Source: Acidimicrobiia bacterium
GTDB lineage: Bacteria; Actinomycetota; Acidimicrobiia; Acidimicrobiales; Bin134
DNA length: 64,000 nucleotides
Assembly: GCA_009843865.1 (NCBI GenBank)
Contig: VYCQ01000023.1
Span: 144,092-208,091 of the forward strand
Reading direction: 5' to 3'
In this document: piece after piece, positions 41,677 through 50,276 of the stretch
Layout: each line of letters begins with the position of its first letter
Position numbering within the stretch: position 1 is the first letter of the stretch
Notes under the pieces: generated by a model
Database searches by the model: none
Told to the model about the DNA's origin: nothing
What the model saw: the letters and a program-made list of their open reading frames with translations, nothing else
Program-made: the position numbers and the translations under genes

Positions 41677-42198
41677 CTAGCTGCCAGTTTGACTAGCCGG
41701 TTGCTGGTTTATCCGAAACGAGTCATTAGAAGCGACACCTTTGATGTTACTCCGATCGCCAGCAGCTTCAACAGGCAACTTCTGAACCGCAGCATCTACC
41801 TGCTGCACCAGATCATCCATGGGTAAGTACAGAGCTCCTTGACCTTGGCGCAACGCGTCTAAGAGCTGCTCATCAGTGCGTACTAGCAACGACTTCTTGC
41901 CTTTGATCACCAAATCGGCACTGACCAAATCCTCGCCTAGTTCATGGCGCACATAGTCAAACACCTCACGCACTCGCTGCAACCCAATGCCTTCATCCAT
42001 CAATCTTTTAATAAGCTTCAACTCCAGCAAATCCCGGTAAGAGTAGCGGCGCCGACTACCACTACCGATTGCTTTTTGGGCAGTAGAGGTGACCAAACCC
42101 GTGCGGGTCCAATAGTCCAACTGCCGGTAAGTAATACCCACAATTGCAATGGTCTGAACCGAGCTGAAGTCACTGGCTACCTGTTTGTAGACGGTCAT
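41677..42198 (-). CDS. MerR-family regulator (Rv1830-like)
   Basis: GITYRQLDYWTRTGLV, GSGSRRRYSYRDL, LDALRQGQG; GGGAGG RBS. Confidence 0.9.
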   Translation of the reverse strand: MTVYKQVASDFSSVQTIAIVGITYRQLDYWTRTGLVTSTAQKAIGSGSRRRYSYRDLLELKLIKRLMDEGIGLQRVREVFDYVRHELGEDLVSADLVIKGKKSLLVRTDEQLLDALRQGQGALYLPMDDLVQQVDAAVQKLPVEAAGDRSNIKGVASNDSFRINQQPASQTGS

Positions 42199-42298
42199 TT
42201 GATCCTCCCAGGTATAGATGAGAACAGGTATCAGCGAAGAACGAACGAGCCCTTCGCATTTTGATTACATCAAAGAAACTACGCCCTTGATGTTCTTC

Positions 42299-42327
42299 AG
42301 GCTAGAACTCTGCCTGTGAATTGTCAA
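42299..42327 (-). promoter_or_regulatory. SigA-type promoter TTGACA-17nt-TAGCCT for the merR-nuclease-gcvT unit
   Basis: -35 at 42327-42322 and -10 at 42304-42299 on the minus strand. Confidence 0.65.
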
Positions 42328-42346
42328 GGGTTGTGAACTGGCTGAT

Positions 42347-42844
42347 TCAGCCGTTGAAATCCTCAGGGTTAACTTGATCTAGGAACTCTCTAAACTGATC
42401 TAGCACCTCTTCGGGAGGTTCATCTTCAGAATCTAATGGCATATCCGCCACATGACCTGCTGCCGCTAGAACCTCTTCAGAGGCAAAAATTGGTGCCCCA
42501 GATCGCACCGCTAAAGCAAATGCATCAGAAGGACGACTCGAGATGCGCCGCTGTCCATTAGCATCTGCGAATTCCAGCTCGGCAAAAAAAGTACGTTCCC
42601 GCAACTCGGTCACGATAATGCGTTCCAAACGCACACCTAGGTCATCCAACACGTTCTTAAACAAGTCGTGGGTCATTGGGCGTGGTGTTTCTACCTCTTC
42701 TAATGCCAGAGCAATTGCCTGAGCTTCGGTACCACCAATGAAAATGGGTAACAGGCGGGCTCCCCCGTTAACTTCGCGGAGCAAAACAATGGGCGCGTTG
42801 GTTGGTAACTCAACACGCACTCCGATGAGTTCCATCTCAATCAT
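42347..42844 (-). CDS. Bifunctional nuclease family protein (BFN/DUF151, Rv1829-like)
   Basis: LPIFIGGTEA, PRPMTHDL, SSRPSDAFALA, FREFLDQVNPEDF; ATG at 42844. Confidence 0.92.
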   Translation of the reverse strand: MIEMELIGVRVELPTNAPIVLLREVNGGARLLPIFIGGTEAQAIALALEEVETPRPMTHDLFKNVLDDLGVRLERIIVTELRERTFFAELEFADANGQRRISSRPSDAFALAVRSGAPIFASEEVLAAAGHVADMPLDSEDEPPEEVLDQFREFLDQVNPEDFNG

Positions 42845-42854
42845 CGTTGCCAGG

Positions 42855-43412
42855 CTAGTAGAGGACAGACACAAAGGCATCCGGGTCAGCAGCCAAGCTT
42901 GCCGGATGGCAGATGAACAGATCTTGAAGATTGCGGTAGCGGCCCAACCAGTCCAATCCATAGCCCAAGAAAAACTCGTCTGGCACCTCAAAGGCTACGT
43001 AGTCAGGCACCAAGGGCAATATCCGGCGAGCCTTGCGATCTAACAAGGTGGCTACCGACACCGAAGCTGCCGAACGACGTTGCAACTCCTCCACCAGGTA
43101 GTTGAGGCTTAAGCCGGTGTCAACGATGCCCTCGACCAGCACAATCTCGCGACCGGTCACGTCCTGATTCAAATCTTTCAAAAGCCGCACGCGCCCCGAG
43201 TCTGGTGCAAATCGGTTCAGAGCTAAAAAATCAATCTCTACTTCAATATCGAGTGCTTTTGCTAGATCAGCCAAAAACAATAGGCTGCCCTTGAGCACCG
43301 AAACCAGCACTGTGCCGTTTGAGCGCTCCGCTGAAATTTGCTGCGCTACTCGTACAACGGCAGCGGCGATTTCGTTCTTGCTGGCAAACAGCTTCAATGG
43401 TGCGACCTGCAC
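42855..43412 (-). CDS. HPRT-like phosphoribosyltransferase with degenerate active-site motifs
   Basis: VLKGS..FLADL and GYGLD..YRNL are HPRT-like, but VEGIVDTG replaces VEDIVDTG and NRF replaces the SY loop. Confidence 0.8.
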   Translation of the reverse strand: MQVAPLKLFASKNEIAAAVVRVAQQISAERSNGTVLVSVLKGSLLFLADLAKALDIEVEIDFLALNRFAPDSGRVRLLKDLNQDVTGREIVLVEGIVDTGLSLNYLVEELQRRSAASVSVATLLDRKARRILPLVPDYVAFEVPDEFFLGYGLDWLGRYRNLQDLFICHPASLAADPDAFVSVLY

Positions 43413-43418
43413 GAGAAA

Positions 43419-44252
43419 TTAAGGATTTTGAGTATGGTTGGCTAAAGCCATCCGCAAAAGTGATAAGCGCAACTCCGAGCCAAGGTCAATCAACTCCTCT
43501 AACATGTCCTGACACTTATGTCGGGCCGACTGAGTGTGCAGCATGGCTAGCGGCCTGATTCGCCGCTCTAACAAATCAGCCTCATGTTCTACTGCGGTCT
43601 TGTAAATACGCAGATGACGAGGTTCTACTCCATGCTGATTCAAAAAGGCCGCTACGGTCTTAGCCACGATCACCGCCTCGGGGCTGTAATGCAAGTTGTG
43701 CCCATTGTCGATCTTCTCAATAAGGCCGAACTGCTCAAGCTCAGAAATCCGACCCACCAGCAACCCGCTAGCCGCAACCAACTCATCGACAGTTAGCGGC
43801 CCTATAGTTCCCCCTATAGCTCCTTTTGCAGTCCTTTTTGAAGTCTCTTGTGGACTTAGGTTTCTAGCATTACTTGAGGGTTTAGAGCGAGATGCACGCT
43901 CAGAAGTCTTCAAGGTATTGCGTGTCGGCTTGCGTCGAGTGCTCGCTTTTGGCACATCGCGGCTGAGCTGTGGTTCAGCAAACTGTTCCTCAGCCAAGCT
44001 TGCACCAAAATCTTTGGTGTCGATTAACTCTTTGATTACCTTGAGGGGCAGGAAATGGTCACGCTGTTGCTCCAAAATCCAACGTAAGCGATTCACATCT
44101 GCTTCTGTGAATTTGCGATAGCCAGATTTGGTGCGGTCTGGGTCTATCAAACCTTGGCTCTCCAAAAACCGGATTTTGGAGATGCTGATGTCTTTGAACT
44201 CATCCTTCAACAAATCCAAAACCTGCCCAATGGAACGATGTGGGCTGCTCAC
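43419..44252 (-). CDS. MerR-family regulator (FtsR/Rv1828-like)
   Basis: SIGQVL..L..EF.DISISKIRFLESQGLI, RTKSGYRKF, QRDHFLPLKVI, GVEPRHLR. Confidence 0.9.
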   Translation of the reverse strand: MSSPHRSIGQVLDLLKDEFKDISISKIRFLESQGLIDPDRTKSGYRKFTEADVNRLRWILEQQRDHFLPLKVIKELIDTKDFGASLAEEQFAEPQLSRDVPKASTRRKPTRNTLKTSERASRSKPSSNARNLSPQETSKRTAKGAIGGTIGPLTVDELVAASGLLVGRISELEQFGLIEKIDNGHNLHYSPEAVIVAKTVAAFLNQHGVEPRHLRIYKTAVEHEADLLERRIRPLAMLHTQSARHKCQDMLEELIDLGSELRLSLLRMALANHTQNP

Positions 44253-44752
44253 TGGCCCGTTCCATCTTGGTAGAACAACTTAAAACGACCCACCTGCAAC
44301 TCATCACCGTTTTTAAGGCCAACATCTTCCACCCGACGACTGTTGAGGTAAGTACCGTTTAGCGAACCCATATCTTTCACTCTGCGTACCAACCCATCTC
44401 TATAAATCTCTGCATGGCGGCGTGAAACGGTGATGTCATCCAAGAAAATTCGGGAGTCGCCATGTCGTCCAATGGTCACCAAATCTTCCGATAGTTCAAA
44501 GCGGCTCCCCGCAGCTAGTCCTTCAGTAATCACCAACACCGCAGGGTGGCGAAATAACTCAGCGTCAAGCTTAAGCTCAGTAGTGGGTTCACCCGCTGAC
44601 GTGCCTGCTTGTAAGTCACAGTTGGTCTTCACTAAACGGACACCACAGGCGGCGCAGAAGTTGGCACCATGCTCGTTAATGTGGCCGCGCAACTTGCAAG
44701 GCACCTGCTCATCATCTGCTGGTGTTGCATCTGGACGGGGGTCGGAGATCAC
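44249..44752 (-). CDS. FHA domain protein with N-terminal zinc-ribbon-like segment (GarA/OdhI-like)
   Basis: C..GH.N...ANFC..CG, EPTT, IGRH...IFLDDITVSRRHA, GSLNGTY; position downstream of gcvH. Confidence 0.88.
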   Translation of the reverse strand: MISDPRPDATPADDEQVPCKLRGHINEHGANFCAACGVRLVKTNCDLQAGTSAGEPTTELKLDAELFRHPAVLVITEGLAAGSRFELSEDLVTIGRHGDSRIFLDDITVSRRHAEIYRDGLVRRVKDMGSLNGTYLNSRRVEDVGLKNGDELQVGRFKLFYQDGTGQ

Positions 44753-45144
44753 TCCACGCTCTCCGTAAGTTGAGAATAAGCAGCGCCGTCCATGAGTTGA
44801 TCCACCTCAGATAAATCAGTGGTCTCAATCACGCAGATCCATCCCTCGCCATAGGGGTCTTCGTTAAGGCGCTCCGGGTGATCTACAAGATCAGAGTTAA
44901 TTTGCGCTATCACCCCTGACACTGGGGCGTAGATTTCGGAAACTGATTTTGTTGATTCCACCTCACTAAAAGCTTCACCTTTGTGTACCGCAGTGCCCAC
45001 TTCCGGCAAATCAATGTAAACCACATCGCCAAGGGCATCTTGCGCGTAGTCAGTGATGCCCAAATAAACACGATTACCTTCAATTTTAGTCCATTCGTGG
45101 TCTTCGGAGTAGCGAAGTTGGCTTGGAACATTGAAGGTCTGCAT
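44749..45144 (-). CDS. gcvH: Glycine cleavage H protein
   Basis: YSEDHEW, GITDYAQDALGDVV, lipoyl motif VESTKSVSE, DPYGEGW. Confidence 0.97.
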   Translation of the reverse strand: MQTFNVPSQLRYSEDHEWTKIEGNRVYLGITDYAQDALGDVVYIDLPEVGTAVHKGEAFSEVESTKSVSEIYAPVSGVIAQINSDLVDHPERLNEDPYGEGWICVIETTDLSEVDQLMDGAAYSQLTESVE

Positions 45145-45182
45145 CTGCTATAAAGTACCCGCTCGCAGTCAAAGTCTCAACC

Positions 45183-45803
45183 TCAACTTGAGCTTGTTTG
45201 ACTAGATGCCTGATTAGCACGCCCTTCGGTGAGGGCTTGACGTGCCTGAGGAATGTACTGAATAGCAGCGTAATAGCTGAGCGCTAACGACAATATAGCG
45301 ATGCCCCATCCCACACTACGCAAGGCCACTCCTCCACCTACATTAGAATTTCCCAACAACAAAAGCGGCAAGGCAAACATGAGACCGAAAGTGGCTGTTT
45401 TGCCTGTCCATGTGACATCCATGCGCCTTGCTCCCAGTGCTGCCAGAATCAGCACTACCAACGACACCGCGGCCTCTCGCATCAGCATCAGCACCCCAAA
45501 GACTAAGTGCAATGAACCATCTATGAGCATTGCTGTAACAGCGGCTAAGAACATGAGCCGATCGGCAGTGGGATCTAAAATCTTACCCATTTCGGATTCT
45601 TGTTTGAAGCGTCTAGCGATGAACCCATCCACCCAATCGGTAGCGCCTAATACACCAAGCAAAATAGCTGCTCCTACCCGATTGCCCATAGCCAGCAACA
45701 AAACACAAAAAAACGGCACGCACCCCAAACGTAAGCCTGAAATAAGGTTGGGAATTGTGGCTAGGTTAGACGTAATTTCAACCCGCCATTGGTTGCTGCT
45801 CAT
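45183..45803 (-). CDS. CDP-alcohol phosphatidyltransferase (PgsA2/cardiolipin synthase-like)
   Basis: TIPNLIS..R, TDWVDGFIARR, GKILDPTADR. Confidence 0.92.
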   Translation of the reverse strand: MSSNQWRVEITSNLATIPNLISGLRLGCVPFFCVLLLAMGNRVGAAILLGVLGATDWVDGFIARRFKQESEMGKILDPTADRLMFLAAVTAMLIDGSLHLVFGVLMLMREAAVSLVVLILAALGARRMDVTWTGKTATFGLMFALPLLLLGNSNVGGGVALRSVGWGIAILSLALSYYAAIQYIPQARQALTEGRANQASSQTSSS

Positions 45804-45874
45804 GGGTTACAGACTAGACAGGTCGACGCTAAGTGAGTCATCGCAACCACCGCTTACAAAGGTAACCTTACCGA

Positions 45875-46279
45875 ATGCCCAGCGTGTTTACGAAGATCAT
45901 GAACAAAGAGTTGCCAGGTCATTTTGTCTGGGAAGACAAAGATTGCATTGCCATCTTGAGCATCAATCCTATTCAAACAGGCCATGCGTTGGTGATCCCT
46001 CGTGTTGAGGTTGATCACTGGCTAGACGTTCCACCACAACTAGCAGCGCATCTGTTCTTAGTGGCCCAAAAGATTGGACATGCGCAAAAAGCAGCCTTTC
46101 GGTCCCCCAGGGTAGGGCTCATCATTGCCGGAGAAGAGGTGCCTCACACTCACCTTCATGTGATCCCTATGTTTAACATCGCCGACCTCAATTTCGCTCA
46201 CGCTAAAACCTCAATCCCCCCTACAGACCTAGCCGCCACTGCCCAACTCCTACAATCTCACTTATCCTCGACCTCCTAA
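45875..46279 (+). CDS. HIT family nucleotide hydrolase
   Basis: SVFTKI, GHALVIP, EVPHTHLHVIP. Confidence 0.93.
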   Translation: MPSVFTKIMNKELPGHFVWEDKDCIAILSINPIQTGHALVIPRVEVDHWLDVPPQLAAHLFLVAQKIGHAQKAAFRSPRVGLIIAGEEVPHTHLHVIPMFNIADLNFAHAKTSIPPTDLAATAQLLQSHLSSTS

Positions 46280-46304
46280 CACCAAGCACTTATTTTTCAA
46301 GCAC

Positions 46305-46790
46305 TTATTTTCTTTGTGTAAAAGAAATAGCCAGCCAGCGTCCATTAAGAGGAAAAACCACTAGCTGAGACATGGCATCCACCAAAAACATCAGCACGTT
46401 TTTTGGGTCTTGACCTTCGGGTAGCTCATAAACCAAACCCCGTTTGATGTGGTCTTGCCGACGATGCCAACCGTCTGGTTCAATCACACCCCGCTCTTCT
46501 AGCAATTTGGTGGCTCCGCCCCCTCCCCCATGCTGCAAACCCACACACGCCGGTTGCCACTTATTTCGTTTATGGTGGCCAGGCACCCAGGTGCCCAGCG
46601 GGACAGCAGGGCCTCTAGCTGTAAACCACTTGAATAAAGGCGGCTCAGCAGGACGATCTTCCTCAGCTACTAAGGGCTGCACATTCAACCAGCCAGAACC
46701 ATCACCCCGAACAGCTAGAGCTAACATTTCATGGACCACTTCGTCTAGCTCTGTAAGGTCAAAGCGAATGTGATGCAGATCAAGTGCCAT
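46305..46790 (-). CDS. Conserved hypothetical protein
   Basis: Fills the gap between HIT and ETF; GWLN, ARGP.VP..TWVP and QDH.KRGLV look like conserved motifs; start uncertain. Confidence 0.55.
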   Translation of the reverse strand: MALDLHHIRFDLTELDEVVHEMLALAVRGDGSGWLNVQPLVAEEDRPAEPPLFKWFTARGPAVPLGTWVPGHHKRNKWQPACVGLQHGGGGGATKLLEERGVIEPDGWHRRQDHIKRGLVYELPEGQDPKNVLMFLVDAMSQLVVFPLNGRWLAISFTQRK

Positions 46791-46876
46791 AACTACAAAA
46801 GCCAACCCTAATTCATTTTGACCTTGCCAGTAACCTCCACGCGTATGGCCATGCACACCTCACAAACAACCTTGCT

Positions 46877-48865
46877 GTGACAACACCTTTTAGTCAACCT
46901 GCTCAGGTAATTGCCCCTGATCGTGTTTTGCGTGTGGCGGTATTGGCCAAGCAAATTCCGGCGTTTGAAAACATGATGCTAAACCCCGACGGTCGTCTAC
47001 TGCGAGACGGGGTGGGCATGCATATAAACGACTACTGCCGACGAGCAATCGCCAAGGGCACCGAGGTGGCCAGAGTCAGCGGTGGTACCGTCACAGTGTT
47101 TACCTTGGGACCTCCTGTAGCTGAAAACGTGTGCCGAGAAGCCATCTTGTTTGGTGTGGATCAGACAATTCATATCTGCGATCCAGCCTTTGCTGGCTCT
47201 GATACCCTGGCTACAGCTAAAGCTCTCGCAAGAGCACTAGAGCATTTTGGGCCATTTGATTTGGTGTTCATGGGCCGGAACTCGGTGGATGCCGACACCG
47301 GACAAGTGCCGCCGCAGCTTGCAGAGATGCTGAAATTACCTTTTGCCGCAGGCGTGCGCTGTTTCTCACTTCATGGAGAACAAACTGAACTTCGTCTAGA
47401 ACACGACGACCGATGGGTGGATGTAACCGTACAGCTACCCGTTGTGCTGTCGTGTGCGGAACGGCTCTGCGAGCCTTGCAAGATCAAAGACCCAAGGGCT
47501 TGGGCTACAGTGGATGCTTCGCTTATTCAAACCTGCAAAGCTGCTGAATTGGGCACGGGGCCATGGGGTCAAGCAGCTAGCCCCACTTCGGTAGGCGCAG
47601 TTCATAGCCTAAAAGTGCAACGTAAACGCCGCATGCTAAGCGGCACCATTGAACAGCAGGTAGCCGAGGCAGCCGCGATTTTCGCCGACCTAGGAGTGTT
47701 GGATTCTAGCAACGCTCCTAATCCAGGTACCGTGGTTCATACAACAACACTGATTCATGCAACAAGCAACACTGCTACAGACACAATCACTACTACAGAT
47801 ACAAATAGCGCAACCGACAACGCTGGGGTTGTCGTGCTCGCAGAACCAGGCAAAGATCGTATCAACAAAGAGTTGCTAGCTACAGCAGCCGAATTGTCCT
47901 GTGAGGTTGGTGGCAGGGTTACCGCCATTGGTCCGGGCCTAGATAATCCTGATCTGGAACTTGGCCCGTGGGGAGCCGATCAGCAGATTGCAATCACCGC
48001 CAGCAACGGCTCCATGAAGATAATGTCAGAAAAAATAATGTCAGAAGAGATTACGTTTGAGAAGATTGCGGCAGAAGATGTGGCTATAGCCATCACCAAG
48101 TGGATCAGCAACACGCTACCTTGGGCAGTGCTAGCACCAGGCACTATATGGGGTCGTGAAGTAGCTTCACGCATAGCAGCTACCCTCAACGCAGGACTGA
48201 CTGGCGATGCTGTAGAACTGCGTATAAACGACCAAGGCAGGCTAATCGCCATGAAGCCAGCTTTCGGGGGTTCGATGCTGGCAGAAGTTCTTTGCTCCTC
48301 ACCCATACAAATGGTTACGGTACGTCCCGGGGTGCTGCCCTATCGTCATCCAAATCTCAAACGACCTGAAGCCAAACGAAGCGTGTTACCATCACCAGCA
48401 CACAGCCGCATGAAGATCGTGGCTACTCATACCACAGATGACAGCACCGAGCTAGCGAATGCATCTGTGGTAATCGGCGTAGGCCAAGGGGTAGATCCAA
48501 AAGACTATCCAAAGCTGGAACAGCACCGACGCGCTATTGGCGCTACTCTGTGCGCCACCCGCAAAGTGACCGATAACGGCTGGATGCCCCGAGCCCGCCA
48601 AGTAGGTATCACCGGCCATAGCATCAGCCCACAGCTTTATCTGGCCATCGGTACCAGCGGCAAGTTCAACCATACCGTGGGAGTGCGCAACGCTGGCATT
48701 GTGGTGGGTATCAATTCCGATCCCACCGCACCTTTGTGGGATGTGGTGGACATCGGCATCGTGGGAGATTGGGCCGAGGTGTTAGATGCTCTGATTCCGC
48801 GTCTACTATCAAATAGAACAACAGACAATGGCACTAGTGCGATCATCAGCTCACCTATTAATTAA
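46877..48865 (+). CDS. Fused electron transfer flavoprotein beta+alpha subunits
   Basis: N-half AFAGSDTLATA, GRNSVDADTGQV (ETF-beta); C-half KPAFGG, RQVGITG, LYLAIGTSG, INSDP.AP (ETF-alpha). Confidence 0.9.
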   Translation: MTTPFSQPAQVIAPDRVLRVAVLAKQIPAFENMMLNPDGRLLRDGVGMHINDYCRRAIAKGTEVARVSGGTVTVFTLGPPVAENVCREAILFGVDQTIHICDPAFAGSDTLATAKALARALEHFGPFDLVFMGRNSVDADTGQVPPQLAEMLKLPFAAGVRCFSLHGEQTELRLEHDDRWVDVTVQLPVVLSCAERLCEPCKIKDPRAWATVDASLIQTCKAAELGTGPWGQAASPTSVGAVHSLKVQRKRRMLSGTIEQQVAEAAAIFADLGVLDSSNAPNPGTVVHTTTLIHATSNTATDTITTTDTNSATDNAGVVVLAEPGKDRINKELLATAAELSCEVGGRVTAIGPGLDNPDLELGPWGADQQIAITASNGSMKIMSEKIMSEEITFEKIAAEDVAIAITKWISNTLPWAVLAPGTIWGREVASRIAATLNAGLTGDAVELRINDQGRLIAMKPAFGGSMLAEVLCSSPIQMVTVRPGVLPYRHPNLKRPEAKRSVLPSPAHSRMKIVATHTTDDSTELANASVVIGVGQGVDPKDYPKLEQHRRAIGATLCATRKVTDNGWMPRARQVGITGHSISPQLYLAIGTSGKFNHTVGVRNAGIVVGINSDPTAPLWDVVDIGIVGDWAEVLDALIPRLLSNRTTDNGTSAIISSPIN

Positions 48866-50207
48866 AACAGCGGCTTGGTTAACCATAGCTGGAATCATCA
48901 CCGCTAGTGCCTGCGGGTCGGAATCCAGCAGCAATCTTGTCCCGTCCATCCCTATCACTACCACCAACGGCTCTGCTCCCACGCCTGTAACTGAAATGCA
49001 TGACCCATCATCTGCTCCCAATAAAACCTTTCTAAGCCCCGTATTTCAACCTAACGGCAACCGCTTAGCCCAAGGATCAGGTTTAGCCACGGGTTTTATT
49101 CAAGAAGTCACCACCAAAGACATTGAATTGAACGGCATCCCCACCTGGATTACCGGTGCAAGCACCCCAACGGGTGACCTATGGGTCATAGCCCTCAACG
49201 ATGGGTCACTTCTTAGCTATCAAGTGCCCATTGGCGAACAACCACTTACTGCAACAGTTCCAGTTGATCGCCTCAAGGCACATCAACCCCCTGTCCTCCA
49301 AGTAGCAGACAATTTGGTACGTTTAGTAACTACACCCGTCAACGCCTCGGCCAACAGCATCGCTGTACATCTAGCTGGAGAACGAACGGCCTACATAGAC
49401 AACCTACATCGGCTCACCGTCCTAGAACCTGACGGCAACTTGTGGCGACCTGACATTGAGGTATTACCCGATAGCAGGCTAGTACAGCTCAATAAAGAGC
49501 AGATATTGGTGCTAGCCAACCCCACTAATCGTCACCCTTATTCAGCACTAGGCGACGACCTTGAAGCCACGACGGTTGTAAAGGTAACCGTTGGCAGCAA
49601 TGAGGTGACCACCATCTATAACTCAGGAGAGACTGTTATTGAATCCATTGCGCCATTACTAGCTGATATGGATGGCGATGGAACTGCTGAAGTAGCACTT
49701 ACCTTGAGCGACGCAACTCATATATGGTCGGTGTTAGTTTCTACCACTGGCTCAGGAGAAATTGCCCGAAGCGAGCCCGTTGACCGGCTTTTGGGCTGGC
49801 GTCATATCTTGGCATTAGGACCTTTGGGTCCTAATGGGCAGATCCAACTTGCAGAGGTGCTGTATCCCGACGGACAAGGCAACTTGGTTTTTTTGCAAAA
49901 ACAGGGCAACTCCCTAGAGGTGGCAGCTTCCCTAAAGGGTTATCGTTCCCACGAGTTTGGCTCTCGCAATTTAGAGCAGGCTCTAGCCGCAGACCTAGAC
50001 CGCGACGGCCATATAGAAGTAATCGTACCCACATTAGATCGCCAAAACATTGCCGCTGTTCGTAACACCCCTGAGGGTGCAACAGAGCTGTGGCGACGAT
50101 CAATAGGGGGCGCTTTAGCCACCAACATTGCTGTTATTGAGCGACCTGACGGCACCTTGTCGCTAGCAGTAGCGACAAACCAAGGCACTCTACGCATCTG
50201 GCAATAA
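48828..50207 (+). CDS. Lipoprotein with FG-GAP/VCBS-like Ca-binding repeats (probable beta-propeller)
   Basis: Lipobox ASAC, ADMDGDGTAE and ADLDRDGHIE motifs, LGDDLEA, H.FGSRNL. Confidence 0.7.
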   Translation: MALVRSSAHLLIKTAAWLTIAGIITASACGSESSSNLVPSIPITTTNGSAPTPVTEMHDPSSAPNKTFLSPVFQPNGNRLAQGSGLATGFIQEVTTKDIELNGIPTWITGASTPTGDLWVIALNDGSLLSYQVPIGEQPLTATVPVDRLKAHQPPVLQVADNLVRLVTTPVNASANSIAVHLAGERTAYIDNLHRLTVLEPDGNLWRPDIEVLPDSRLVQLNKEQILVLANPTNRHPYSALGDDLEATTVVKVTVGSNEVTTIYNSGETVIESIAPLLADMDGDGTAEVALTLSDATHIWSVLVSTTGSGEIARSEPVDRLLGWRHILALGPLGPNGQIQLAEVLYPDGQGNLVFLQKQGNSLEVAASLKGYRSHEFGSRNLEQALAADLDRDGHIEVIVPTLDRQNIAAVRNTPEGATELWRRSIGGALATNIAVIERPDGTLSLAVATNQGTLRIWQ

Positions 50208-50276
50208 ACAGCACCTAAAAGTACACAGTAGTGAGGCGATCTTGTATCTTCAAAGCGTGCCCATTGTCTTCGCAAT

